A stretch of DNA of 39,038 nucleotides from a virus (Duplodnaviria > Caudoviricetes): IMG/VR virus record IMGVR_UViG_3300027566_000158, positions 1-39,038 of that record. One strand, written 5' to 3'. The translations under genes were made by a program, and so were the position numbers. The notes below the pieces were generated by a model. That model was not told where the DNA came from and ran no database searches. It saw only the letters and a list, made by a program, of their open reading frames with translations. This document shows, piece by piece, positions 15,943-24,819 of this stretch (position 1 is the stretch's first letter; each line of letters begins with the position of its first letter).

Positions 15943-16770
15943 ATGGCTAGGAGCAATATCAGAAAGGAAAAATGTATACCAATAGAGGGTCAATTGACAT
16001 TATGGGATATAGAAGTCACTGAGAAACCTAGTTCGTTCACAAAACCTGAGAAAAAAGAATCAGAATTAAACGATTCGTTCACAACTTTAACACCTGTAAT
16101 AATTAAAAAAGAAACTGAGAAACCTCAAAAATGTTTAGAATTAACGTCTGAGCAACAAGATTTCTTAGATAAAAATAAAATATTTGAAAATGAGAATTTA
16201 AATAGAGTTATTAAATATTGCGGTGGCGGAGTTGGAGTAGAGCTGCTACAGGAAAGTAATATTAATACTATCTATGTTAATAAAGAAGGCAAGCAAGAGT
16301 ACACATTCGATAAGAAAATACCTGTGTTGCCGATGGATAGGATTTTATATTACAAAACAGCAGTTACAGAATTTAATAGTAAGCAGCAAGAGAGGCTCAA
16401 GGATCTTCTTAGAGAAGTTCCAAACGGAAAAGTTATTAAGAGAAAGGGCGATGAAAATATCCTAGTAGATGTTCATGACATGGTTATAAGTATAAACCCA
16501 GAAGGATGGGTCTTAGAATTCAATGGCTGCAATGCAATATATACAGAGGATGAAGTTGAACATAAAGAACCGTTTGATCTTGAAACATTACAAGAAAGTG
16601 TAAAGATAGGTGATATTGTTGAGGCAAGTTATGGAGATAGGACAATAGCAGGTGAAATATTTAGTGTATATGGTCCTAGTAATGTAACGCTAAATATCAT
16701 ATTTGATAACGGGAAAAATCATACAGCCATATGTAGGAAATGTGTAAAGAGTTTAATTAAAAGTGCTTAA
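15943..16770 (+). CDS. Hypothetical phage protein
   Basis: ORF track; IEGQLTLWD motif; RBS GAGGGG. Confidence 0.8.
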   Translation: MARSNIRKEKCIPIEGQLTLWDIEVTEKPSSFTKPEKKESELNDSFTTLTPVIIKKETEKPQKCLELTSEQQDFLDKNKIFENENLNRVIKYCGGGVGVELLQESNINTIYVNKEGKQEYTFDKKIPVLPMDRILYYKTAVTEFNSKQQERLKDLLREVPNGKVIKRKGDENILVDVHDMVISINPEGWVLEFNGCNAIYTEDEVEHKEPFDLETLQESVKIGDIVEASYGDRTIAGEIFSVYGPSNVTLNIIFDNGKNHTAICRKCVKSLIKSA

Positions 16771-16779
16771 GGAGTTGAT

Positions 16780-17097
16780 ATGGTGATAGCTATGGAGAAA
16801 CCAGAGGATGTATACCTGGAAGATGTAAATAATTTTCTAGATATTTTGGCTAGGTTTAAGGATTTACAGGATAACGATTATAGTACAGCCTATAAACTCC
16901 ATAAGGATGCATTAGCACAATATGATAGATGGAGTAACGTTCTCTTTGAAGTAAGAAGAGAAGAAGTAGGTAAAAGGAAAGATCCACCATGGAAAGACAG
17001 AGTAGAAGATATAATGAGAATTTTAAACAATATATATACCAGCAGCAGAATGGTTTGGAATAAGTCAAAAGACGATTTAACAGAAGGTAAATATTGA
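16780..17097 (+). CDS. Hypothetical helical protein
   Basis: ORF track; RBS AAGGAG. Confidence 0.75.
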   Translation: MVIAMEKPEDVYLEDVNNFLDILARFKDLQDNDYSTAYKLHKDALAQYDRWSNVLFEVRREEVGKRKDPPWKDRVEDIMRILNNIYTSSRMVWNKSKDDLTEGKY

Positions 17098-17105
17098 GGT
17101 GTTTT

Positions 17106-17258
17106 ATGAAAATAATGATAATGAGCTGTAATAATAAAAACCTTTGGTATGCAAATAAGATAGGTAAGGTATACGAGGTTAAAAAAGTAAATAATTCAAA
17201 TTACTTAACCAAATATGGTGGTATTGATAAAGAGGATGCTGAAGTAATTGAGAAGTAG
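17106..17258 (+). CDS. Small hypothetical protein, 50 aa
   Basis: RBS GAGGTG; MKIMIMSCNNKNLWYANKIGKVYEVKKVNNSNYLTKYGGIDKEDAEVIEK. Confidence 0.7.
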   Translation: MKIMIMSCNNKNLWYANKIGKVYEVKKVNNSNYLTKYGGIDKEDAEVIEK

Positions 17259-17266
17259 GTGAAAAG

Positions 17267-17440
17267 ATGAGTCAAATAGATTATAAAGAAAAGACGAATT
17301 TTATGAACTATAGTGATGAATCTAGTGAAGATAAGCAAGAGAGGTTACGGTGTAATGTAGGTAGAGGAATAAACAATTGGGATTGTTATAAAGATTGTGC
17401 ATTTTGGGATGGTGAAAGATGTACAAATTTTGAGGATTAA
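17267..17440 (+). CDS. Small Cys-rich hypothetical protein, 57 aa
   Basis: RBS AGGTG; MSQIDYKEK...LRCNVGRGINNWDCYKDCAFWDGERCTNFED. Confidence 0.65.
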   Translation: MSQIDYKEKTNFMNYSDESSEDKQERLRCNVGRGINNWDCYKDCAFWDGERCTNFED

Positions 17441-17479
17441 AGTTGTTGGATAATTGTAGTATATTCCGAAGCAAAGGAA

Positions 17480-18520
17480 GTGATAAAAATTATAGGATTA
17501 ATTGATGTAGATGGTAAGCTGCCTAATTTAGCATTAATGAAAATAAGTACTTATTATAAGGGATTAGGTGAGGATGTAGAATTTGTTCAAGAGGATAGAG
17601 ATTATGAAAAAATATATGCAAGCTGCTTGTTTACATGGAATCGTAAGACTTGTATAGAGTTGCTTGAAAAGTATGGAGACAAGCTCGTATTAGGCGGTAC
17701 AGGATGGGATTTTATAGAGGCAAATGGAAAACTAGTAGAGGTTACTCATACAGAACTACCGGAAGAGATAGAAAATAGTAAGCCTGATTACTACCTTTAC
17801 ACTGTAGATATGATATATGAAAAAGCGTGTAAAGGAGGAATAGCCACAAAAGTTTCTAAGCTTAAAAAGGCTCAAACTATTGTAGATATGGGAATAGGAT
17901 TTACTTCAAGAGGTTGTGTAAATAACTGTCGGTTTTGTATAGTACCTAAAAAGGAAGGCAAGCTTCACAAAGTAGCTGGAATTAAAGATATCATCAACCC
18001 TAGATCAAATATAATCACACTATACAATAGCAACCTTCCGGCACAAGAGGATTGCATAGATATATTGCATGAAATAAGGGATAGAAAACTTAAGGTTGAT
18101 TTATCTCAAGGGATTGATGTTCGATTACTGACAGAAGAAAAAGCAAAAGCACTAAGTGAAGTAAATCACCTTAGGAGCTTGCACTACGCTTGGGACTTAA
18201 TGGAGAGTGAGTCTAAAGTTATTGAGGGGATTAAGTTACTTAAGAAATTTGTTAAACCATGGAAACATATGTGTTTCATATTAACTGGATTTAATACAAG
18301 CTTTGATGAAGATATGTACAGGATAAAAAAGCTTCAGGAGCTAGGTATAAAGCCATATGTAATGAAATATAATAAGCGGACTGATGATATTAGGCTTAAT
18401 CAATTGGCAGGATGGGTTAATAGTCGAAAGCATACTGTTTGCAGTTTTGAAGAATTTCAACCATGGATAAATGCACAGGTTAAATATAATCAGATAAGCA
18501 TGTTTAATGGGGTGAGATAA
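17480..18520 (+). CDS. Phage radical SAM protein
   Basis: FTSRGCVNNCRFCIVP (CX3CX2C); N-terminal IGLIDVDGKLPNLALMKIS and LGGTG; stop overlaps next start (TAATG). Confidence 0.88.
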   Translation: MIKIIGLIDVDGKLPNLALMKISTYYKGLGEDVEFVQEDRDYEKIYASCLFTWNRKTCIELLEKYGDKLVLGGTGWDFIEANGKLVEVTHTELPEEIENSKPDYYLYTVDMIYEKACKGGIATKVSKLKKAQTIVDMGIGFTSRGCVNNCRFCIVPKKEGKLHKVAGIKDIINPRSNIITLYNSNLPAQEDCIDILHEIRDRKLKVDLSQGIDVRLLTEEKAKALSEVNHLRSLHYAWDLMESESKVIEGIKLLKKFVKPWKHMCFILTGFNTSFDEDMYRIKKLQELGIKPYVMKYNKRTDDIRLNQLAGWVNSRKHTVCSFEEFQPWINAQVKYNQISMFNGVR

Positions 18521-20049
18521 TGAAACAAATAAGCCTACTAGATGAAATTATAGTGGACAACTTCGCTGGAGGTGGAGGAGCTTCCACAGGAATAGAGTTA
18601 GCAATAGGACATAGTGTAGAAATTGCAATTAATCACGATCCAGCAGCTATAGCAATGCATAAGGCGAATCATCCTCAGACAAAGCATTATTGTGAATCTG
18701 TTTGGGAAGTTGATCCAGTGAAGGCTGTAAGAGGTAGAAGAGTTGGTTTAGCTTGGTTTAGTCCAGATTGTAAGCATTTTTCAAAGGCAAAGGGAGGAAA
18801 ACCATGTGATAAAAAAATAAGAGGTTTAGCATGGATTGTACTAAAATGGGCTGCTCTAGTTAGGCCACGGGTGATTATGCTTGAAAATGTAGAGGAGTTT
18901 CAGACTTGGGGGCCTTTAAATAGAAGAAAACATCCTATAAAAAGCAAAAAAGGAGAAACTTATTGGAAATGGCGAAGGCAACTTGAAGCTTTAGGATATG
19001 TAGTTGATACAAGAGAACTGATTGCAGCAGATTATGGAGCACCAACAAAGAGAAAGCGTTTTTTCATGGTTGCGAGATGTGATGATCAACCTATTGTATG
19101 GCCTAAAAAAACTCATGGATACAGAAATAGCGGAGAAGTCAAAGATGGAATACTAAAACCTTATGTTCCGGCAGCTGAGATTATTGATTGGAGTATTCCT
19201 TGTAAAAGCATATTTGGTAGAAAGAAGCCACTTGCGGAAAACACTATGAAACGTATAGCAAAAGGCATACAAAAGTTTGTAGTTGAAAGTCCTGAGCCGT
19301 TTATAATGCAGATTGGTCAAACTGGATTCACGAAAGATAGGAATAAATCAATTCATGAACCATTAACAACAATAGTAAGTAAAGCTGAGCATTGTTTAGT
19401 AACTCCATACCTAATGGTGAATACGACTGGTCATTCCGGTGGAACAGTAGAAGAACCAGTTCATACAATTACAACAGGTGGCCATCATACTTTAATTACT
19501 CCATATTTGATTCAATATCATTCAGAAACTACTAAAGAAGGAGTTAGAGGACAGTCTATTAAAGAACCAATCATGACATTAGATAGCTCACCTAGATATG
19601 GATTAGTAAGTGCTTTTATTATACAAATGAATAAAAATATGATAGGAACTGATATGAAAGAACCTATTAATACCATTGTTGCAGGACCAGGACATATAGG
19701 CGAAGTAAGAGCTTTCTTAATTAAATATTATGGAAAAGGAGTAGGACAGGACATAAACGAGCCATTGGGCACAATAGTTAGTAAAGATAGATTTGGACTA
19801 GTTACAATTTATGGCCAAGACTATCAAATAGTTGATATAGGTATGAGAATGCTAGAACCGCATGAGTTATTTGCAGCACAAGGATTTCCAGAGAATTATA
19901 TTATCGACAAAGATTATACTGGAAGGAAGTATCCAAAGACAAAACAAGTTGCAAGATGTGGAAATGCGGTACCTCCTCCATTTGCAGAAGCCTTAGTGAG
20001 AGCTAATTTACCTGAGTTGTGTGAAAATAAATTAAAAGAAGTTATTTAA
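18520..20049 (+). CDS. DNA (cytosine-5) methyltransferase
   Basis: DNFAGGGG motif I, SPDC catalytic motif, LENV, RKRFF, AQGFP, CGNAV. Confidence 0.95.
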   Translation: MKQISLLDEIIVDNFAGGGGASTGIELAIGHSVEIAINHDPAAIAMHKANHPQTKHYCESVWEVDPVKAVRGRRVGLAWFSPDCKHFSKAKGGKPCDKKIRGLAWIVLKWAALVRPRVIMLENVEEFQTWGPLNRRKHPIKSKKGETYWKWRRQLEALGYVVDTRELIAADYGAPTKRKRFFMVARCDDQPIVWPKKTHGYRNSGEVKDGILKPYVPAAEIIDWSIPCKSIFGRKKPLAENTMKRIAKGIQKFVVESPEPFIMQIGQTGFTKDRNKSIHEPLTTIVSKAEHCLVTPYLMVNTTGHSGGTVEEPVHTITTGGHHTLITPYLIQYHSETTKEGVRGQSIKEPIMTLDSSPRYGLVSAFIIQMNKNMIGTDMKEPINTIVAGPGHIGEVRAFLIKYYGKGVGQDINEPLGTIVSKDRFGLVTIYGQDYQIVDIGMRMLEPHELFAAQGFPENYIIDKDYTGRKYPKTKQVARCGNAVPPPFAEALVRANLPELCENKLKEVI

Positions 20050-20078
20050 ATGGATCATGAATCAAAGGAAGTGAGTTA

Positions 20079-20291
20079 ATGCAAGAAACTATCTACAATA
20101 CGAAAGATGGTAAGAAAATAAAAACATGTAGTTGTGGAGCATTGGAAGGCAAGACGACGATATTAAATAATTTCGCACACATCGGTATTAATACAAAGTT
20201 TCGAGATAATGGAGTTTTTAAGGACAACAAGTCTTGTTACGTAGAAAATAATTTTTGTCCTCAGTGTGGGAAAAAGTATGAGGTAAGATGA
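20079..20291 (+). CDS. Small Cys-containing hypothetical protein
   Basis: ORF track; C-terminal NFCPQCGKK. Confidence 0.7.
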   Translation: MQETIYNTKDGKKIKTCSCGALEGKTTILNNFAHIGINTKFRDNGVFKDNKSCYVENNFCPQCGKKYEVR

Positions 20292-20315
20292 AATTAAGAC
20301 GAAGGAGGGAAACGG

Positions 20316-20741
20316 ATGAATAAAGTTGTTTTAGTTGGTAGGTTAACCAAAGACCCTGATTTGAAGTTTACTCCAGGTAAAGGAACAGCTGTTGCAACTT
20401 TTACTTTAGCGGTAAATAGAAGATTTAAAAGACCAGGTCAACCAGAAGCAGACTTTATACCTGTAGTTGTTTGGGGAAAACAAGCAGAAAACACAGCAAC
20501 ATATGTGGGAAAAGGGAGAATGGTTGGCATAAGTGGAGCTATACAAACAAGATCATATGATGCTAAAGATGGTACCAAAAGATATGTAACAGAGGTTGTC
20601 GCTGAAGAAGTTCAATTTTTGGAGTCGAAGAGTTCAAGCAGTGGACAAGGATCAATTAATCAATATAATAACTATCCAAGTAACTTTGAAGTATCTGATG
20701 ATGATATAACACCAATTGATGATGGAGACATACCATTTTAA
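20316..20741 (+). CDS. ssb: Single-stranded DNA-binding protein
   Basis: [14 protein letters not shown]..., acidic tail DDGDIPF. Confidence 0.97.
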   Translation: MNKVVLVGRLTKDPDLKFTPGKGTAVATFTLAVNRRFKRPGQPEADFIPVVVWGKQAENTATYVGKGRMVGISGAIQTRSYDAKDGTKRYVTEVVAEEVQFLESKSSSSGQGSINQYNNYPSNFEVSDDDITPIDDGDIPF

Positions 20742-20834
20742 AGAAAATAACTAAGAATAATCATAGATTTGAGTGTTTTCATAACTTGATATTATCAAAT
20801 GATAGTCAATTAATAATATGTGGAGGTGTAATTA

Positions 20835-20975
20835 ATGGTCCTACTCTTTGGAATTGTAGCTGCAATTATAGTAACTTCAGTAATAACCATAGCATTAGTA
20901 GCTATAGCAGGAACAGCAGATGACAAGAATGAATTAACAAGACCGGATTTAATAGATATAGATGAAAAAAGATAA
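20835..20975 (+). CDS. Small single-pass membrane protein, 46 aa
   Basis: RBS GGAGGTG; MVLLFGIVAAIIVTSVITIALVAIAGTADDKNELTRPDLIDIDEKR. Confidence 0.7.
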   Translation: MVLLFGIVAAIIVTSVITIALVAIAGTADDKNELTRPDLIDIDEKR

Positions 20976-21027
20976 GGTTATATTCATGCACTGTAAGTGA
21001 ATTCAAATATAGTAGGGAGGGATTTAA

Positions 21028-21480
21028 ATGGATTATATCAAGGAAGCTGAAAATCGCTTAAGAAATTACAATGACCTAGTAGATTCAGTAGATAATCTAA
21101 AACAAGAATTATATGAGCTAAATGCAGAGTTAACAAATGTAAAAGATATTAACTATTCAGGAATGCCACATGGTTCTGGAGGATTACTTCCTGATGACAG
21201 ATTAGTAAATAAACTGTATAGAAAGCAAAAGGCAATAGAAGAGCTTAAGAAAACCTTAAAAGCAATAAAAAGAATGGACAATGTACTTAAAAACCTGTCA
21301 AATGGGGAAGGTAATGAAAAACATGAGAAAGTATTAAGACTATTTTATATTGAAGGTGCAAGAGGACATGCTTTAGAAGAGGCATTAGATTGTTCTGAAA
21401 GACATTGCTACAGGCTTAAAGGTATAGCAATAAGAAGATTAGCTGTTCAGTTATTTGGAATAAAAGGACTAGGAGAATAG
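21028..21480 (+). CDS. ArpU/RinA-like late transcription activator
   Basis: INYSGMPHG, coiled coil, C-terminal sigma-region-4-like HTH (LRLFYIEG..LDCSERHCYRLK..AIRRLA); position before packaging genes. Confidence 0.85.
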   Translation: MDYIKEAENRLRNYNDLVDSVDNLKQELYELNAELTNVKDINYSGMPHGSGGLLPDDRLVNKLYRKQKAIEELKKTLKAIKRMDNVLKNLSNGEGNEKHEKVLRLFYIEGARGHALEEALDCSERHCYRLKGIAIRRLAVQLFGIKGLGE

Positions 21481-21594
21481 AAGTCATGTGGACAAATAAT
21501 GAAATTCCTAAGCAAATTTCATTATTTGACTAAGTAGTCTTAAAAAATAAAGTATTAAAAATGATCTTTGAAAATTGAATAGTGCGGTATATTA

Positions 21595-21623
21595 TTCCCT
21601 TTGTTTATAAATAATGATATAAT
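21595..21623 (+). promoter_or_regulatory. Extended -10 promoter of the membrane-protein moron
   Basis: TGATATAAT at 21615-21623; weak -35 TTCCCT at 17 nt. Confidence 0.55.
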
Positions 21624-21683
21624 TAGTATAGTTATACAGAAGTGAATACAAAATAAATACTAATTGCAGGGAGTTGTAATGGA

Positions 21684-22430
21684 ATGAGTTTACTTATTTC
21701 TAGATATAGTGATTTATCTGATGGAATTATTTCAGCAGCAAAAGCATTAAACAGGAAACCAAAAGAAAGAAAGATAATTTTCATAACATCTGGTATTTGT
21801 GTATTAGCGTCTAGTTTAGGGATAGTCATTGTTGATAAATATTTTAACAACGACCAGACTGTTATAGGATTATTGATTATTTTTCTATTGATTGTTAGTA
21901 TTACTTTTATGAGTTCTTTTATATCTTACTTTGTTAACGACAATAGCAGAACGCTTTCTGATCATTTAGAGAAATTAGCTCAAGAGAGAGATGAATTGAA
22001 TGATAAAATAAAAAAAGAAAATAATGTATTAGATGTTATAAAAGTCAACTTAAATCAATTAGATGAATATTATGCACTAAACAAGGTACAAGCTAGAAGA
22101 AGCTATTCGTTTAGTATAACTATGATTATTATAGGATTTATTGTATTAATTTCAGCAATTGTTTTATTGATATCTGGGAAAATAGCAATAAACATTACTA
22201 TAATTATAAGCTTATCGGGATTAATTTCGGAATTTATTGGTGCTACATCATTGATGCTTTATAAGGAGAGTACAAAACAAATACAAGTATTCTTTAATAA
22301 GCTTTCATACTTACAACATATTATGCTTGCGGTTGAATTAGCTGAAAAGGTTAATGCTGATAAAAGGGAAGAGCAAATCTCAATTATTATATCATCACTT
22401 ATAAAAAGTAATGAAAATATTTCAAATTAG
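21684..22430 (+). CDS. Multi-pass membrane protein with TRADD-N-associated-like 2TM C-terminal domain (moron)
   Basis: Two N-terminal TM segments, coiled coil, then EYYALNKVQARRSYSFS-TM-TM-SGLISEFIGAT..LYK....F; own promoter and terminator; very AT-rich. Confidence 0.7.
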   Translation: MSLLISRYSDLSDGIISAAKALNRKPKERKIIFITSGICVLASSLGIVIVDKYFNNDQTVIGLLIIFLLIVSITFMSSFISYFVNDNSRTLSDHLEKLAQERDELNDKIKKENNVLDVIKVNLNQLDEYYALNKVQARRSYSFSITMIIIGFIVLISAIVLLISGKIAINITIIISLSGLISEFIGATSLMLYKESTKQIQVFFNKLSYLQHIMLAVELAEKVNADKREEQISIIISSLIKSNENISN

Positions 22431-22468
22431 TGTCACAAAGCACAATTAAATCAAAAATACTTAAATTT

Positions 22469-22508
22469 AATACCGTACTATTCAGTTTGAATACTACGGT
22501 ATTTTTAT
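22469..22508 (+). terminator. Rho-independent terminator of the moron
   Basis: AATACCGTACTATTCA-GTT-TGAATACTACGGTATT followed by TTTAT. Confidence 0.8.
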
Positions 22509-22607
22509 ATGCAAAATAAGTATTTGAAATTATATAAAATAACACGATTATAATTTTTTACTTGGGTTTAATAGTTAAGTCGTAAAATAAATGGAAGGTG
22601 AAATTCA

Positions 22608-22910
22608 ATGATACATGATAAACCAATTTGTTTAAACTGCAATTACAGTAAAATAGACAGTTATAGCCTTAGACTTAGGCATTGTAAGAAGTGTAATAAT
22701 TACGGAGAAAAAACACTTAAAGCAGATATTAGTGTGAGACAAAAACCTGTGTCAGTAGTAATAGAATGTCCTCATTGTGATGAAGAAATTGAAATAGATT
22801 ATCAAGATTTCATAAATCAATTAGGGGAGCCTTGCGATTGGAGTTATTCAAAAATAGCTTGTCCAAGATGCGATAAAGAGATTGAAATTGATAATGTTGA
22901 GTGGGATTAA
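22608..22910 (+). CDS. Cys-rich zinc-ribbon hypothetical protein
   Basis: CLNC, CKKC, CPHC, CPRC. Confidence 0.75.
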   Translation: MIHDKPICLNCNYSKIDSYSLRLRHCKKCNNYGEKTLKADISVRQKPVSVVIECPHCDEEIEIDYQDFINQLGEPCDWSYSKIACPRCDKEIEIDNVEWD

Positions 22911-22956
22911 CTTTTATTTTAAAGTATCAATCTAAACATTAGAAAGGAGAATTAAA

Positions 22957-23178
22957 ATGCCCATAGACAAATTTATAGTTATAAAAAGAGAAGATGCAGA
23001 TAGATATTTACCTAACCATGATAAAATTGATTTAAGTCACATACTCAGACAAATAAGAAATGGTAGAGACAAAGACGGTAAGCCAAGTGATAACTTCTAT
23101 GCTGTTATAAACACAGATGAGCCTTATTTTGAAGAGATAAAAAGTATTTTGAAAAAGCATGGACATTGGGAAGATTAA
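22957..23178 (+). CDS. Hypothetical phage protein
   Basis: ORF track; RBS AAAGGAG; YAVINTDEPY motif. Confidence 0.8.
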   Translation: MPIDKFIVIKREDADRYLPNHDKIDLSHILRQIRNGRDKDGKPSDNFYAVINTDEPYFEEIKSILKKHGHWED

Positions 23179-23199
23179 TTCACAATACGACGGAATACC

Positions 23200-23245
23200 A
23201 TGTCAGTTATATGTCAAAGACTTTCTGGAAAATCTGTTATATAAT
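23200..23245 (+). promoter_or_regulatory. Putative activator-dependent late promoter
   Basis: ATGTCA direct repeat at 23200 and 23211 (11-nt period), no consensus -35, TATAAT at 23240-23245; upstream of packaging operon. Confidence 0.55.
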
Positions 23246-23269
23246 TATAATAACCGAATAGAGTTCCGA

Positions 23270-23301
23270 GGGACATCAGTTTAAATACTGGTGTCTTTTC
23301 T
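23270..23301 (+). terminator. Terminator-like hairpin in the late leader
   Basis: GGGACATCAGT-TTAAAT-ACTGGTGTCTT followed by TTCTATTTT. Confidence 0.6.
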
Positions 23302-23328
23302 ATTTTCAGAGAGGGGAGTGATAATAGA

Positions 23329-23532
23329 ATGAAGATTGGTGAAATTCTTAGGGCTAATCAACCGGATATATATACAAAACTAAATAAAAAGCCTAGAAGT
23401 AAAAAAGGAAGGAGGGGCAATCATTCAAAGAATAAAGAACCCTCCTTCTCTGATTTTAAACATATGATGAAGCATGATAGTTATAGTAGAGGTCCAGGAG
23501 GATCAATACGACAAAAGACATGGAGTGATTAG
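23329..23532 (+). CDS. Small basic hypothetical protein
   Basis: ORF track; MKHDSYSRGPGGSIRQ; RBS GGGGAGTG. Confidence 0.7.
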   Translation: MKIGEILRANQPDIYTKLNKKPRSKKGRRGNHSKNKEPSFSDFKHMMKHDSYSRGPGGSIRQKTWSD

Positions 23533-23533
23533 T

Positions 23534-24766
23534 ATGCAGTTAATAAATGTAATTTTACAAGAGATAAAACCTTATGAAAATAATCCAAGGAATAATGATG
23601 CTGCAGTAGATAAGGTTGTAGAGAGTATAAAAGAATTTGGTTTTAGAATCCCTATAATTGTGGACAAAGATAATATAATAATTGCTGGTCATACAAGATA
23701 TAAGGCTGCCAAGATATTGGGACTTAATGAGGTACCTGTTATTAAGTCAGAAGATTTGTCTCCAGAACAGGTGAGAGCATTTAGGATAATGGATAATAAG
23801 GCTTCTGAAATTGCAACATGGGATTATGAAGCTTTGCTTCAGGAGATGGAAAAACTAAAAATCTCAGATTATAACTTAGAGTTTACAGGTTTTGAGTTAA
23901 ATGAAATAGAAAGTATGATGGATAAATATAGTCCTAAAGAGATTACCATGGATGAAAGCTTTAATCTTGAAGAGCAACTTGAATTCATAGAGGAACCTAA
24001 GACAAAGAAAGGTGATTTGTGGTTACTAGGAAACCATAGACTATTATGTGGGGATAGTACTATAAAAGAAGATATAGAAAAGTTAATGAACGGACAGAAG
24101 GCTAAAATGGTATTTACAGATCCACCGTATAATGTTGCTTATGAAGGTAGCACAGAAGATAAGTTAACAATTCAAAATGATAATATGAGCCAAGAAGACT
24201 TTTATAACTTTCTGCTTAAAGTATTTTCGAATTATTTTGAACTTATGGAAGAAGGTGCTCCAATATATGTTTGTCATGCAGATAGTGAAGGAGAGAATTT
24301 TAGAAGAGCATACAGAGAGGCAGGGTTGAAGCTTGCAGAATGTATTATCTGGGTAAAAAATACCTTTGTTATAGGAAGACAAGATTATCATTGGAGGCAT
24401 GAACCTATTCTCTATGGGTGGAAAGAAGGTAAGGCCCATTACTTCGTAGATGATAGGACACAAGATACCGTATGGGAAATACCAAAACCAAATAGAAATG
24501 GAGAACATCCTACTATGAAACCATTAACTCTATGCGTTAAAGCTATAAAGAATAGCTGTAAGCCTAAGGAATTAGTGGTCGATTTATTTGGTGGAAGTGG
24601 CTCAACCTTAATTGCATCAACTGAGACAGAAAGAACATGCTATACCATGGAAATTGATGAAAAGTATTGTGATGTTATAGTCTTAAGATACATAAATCAA
24701 TATGGTCTTGAAAATGTTTATCTGGTAAGGGATGGAGTAAAGATTCATTATAGCAAAGTAAGCTAA
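23534..24766 (+). CDS. ParB-N domain fused DNA amino-methyltransferase (N6A/N4C)
   Basis: PYENNPR..IAGHTR ParB/Srx domain; TDPPY, HPTMKP, DLFGGSGST; ATG 23534 after GGAGTG. Confidence 0.92.
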   Translation: MQLINVILQEIKPYENNPRNNDAAVDKVVESIKEFGFRIPIIVDKDNIIIAGHTRYKAAKILGLNEVPVIKSEDLSPEQVRAFRIMDNKASEIATWDYEALLQEMEKLKISDYNLEFTGFELNEIESMMDKYSPKEITMDESFNLEEQLEFIEEPKTKKGDLWLLGNHRLLCGDSTIKEDIEKLMNGQKAKMVFTDPPYNVAYEGSTEDKLTIQNDNMSQEDFYNFLLKVFSNYFELMEEGAPIYVCHADSEGENFRRAYREAGLKLAECIIWVKNTFVIGRQDYHWRHEPILYGWKEGKAHYFVDDRTQDTVWEIPKPNRNGEHPTMKPLTLCVKAIKNSCKPKELVVDLFGGSGSTLIASTETERTCYTMEIDEKYCDVIVLRYINQYGLENVYLVRDGVKIHYSKVS

Positions 24767-24819
24767 ATCATTTCATATTCATTTTGTATCGATAGGTGCA
24801 GTGCTTATGAGGTGATGAT

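Noticed and set aside
16032-16084. TTCGTTCACAA repeated twice in a hypothetical gene
   Set aside because: In-frame repeat in a low-complexity linker; only two copies, not CRISPR- or iteron-like.
20786-20798. TTGAT-ATT-ATCAA palindrome resembling an FNR-type site
   Set aside because: Spacer is 3 not 4 and the context is very AT-rich.
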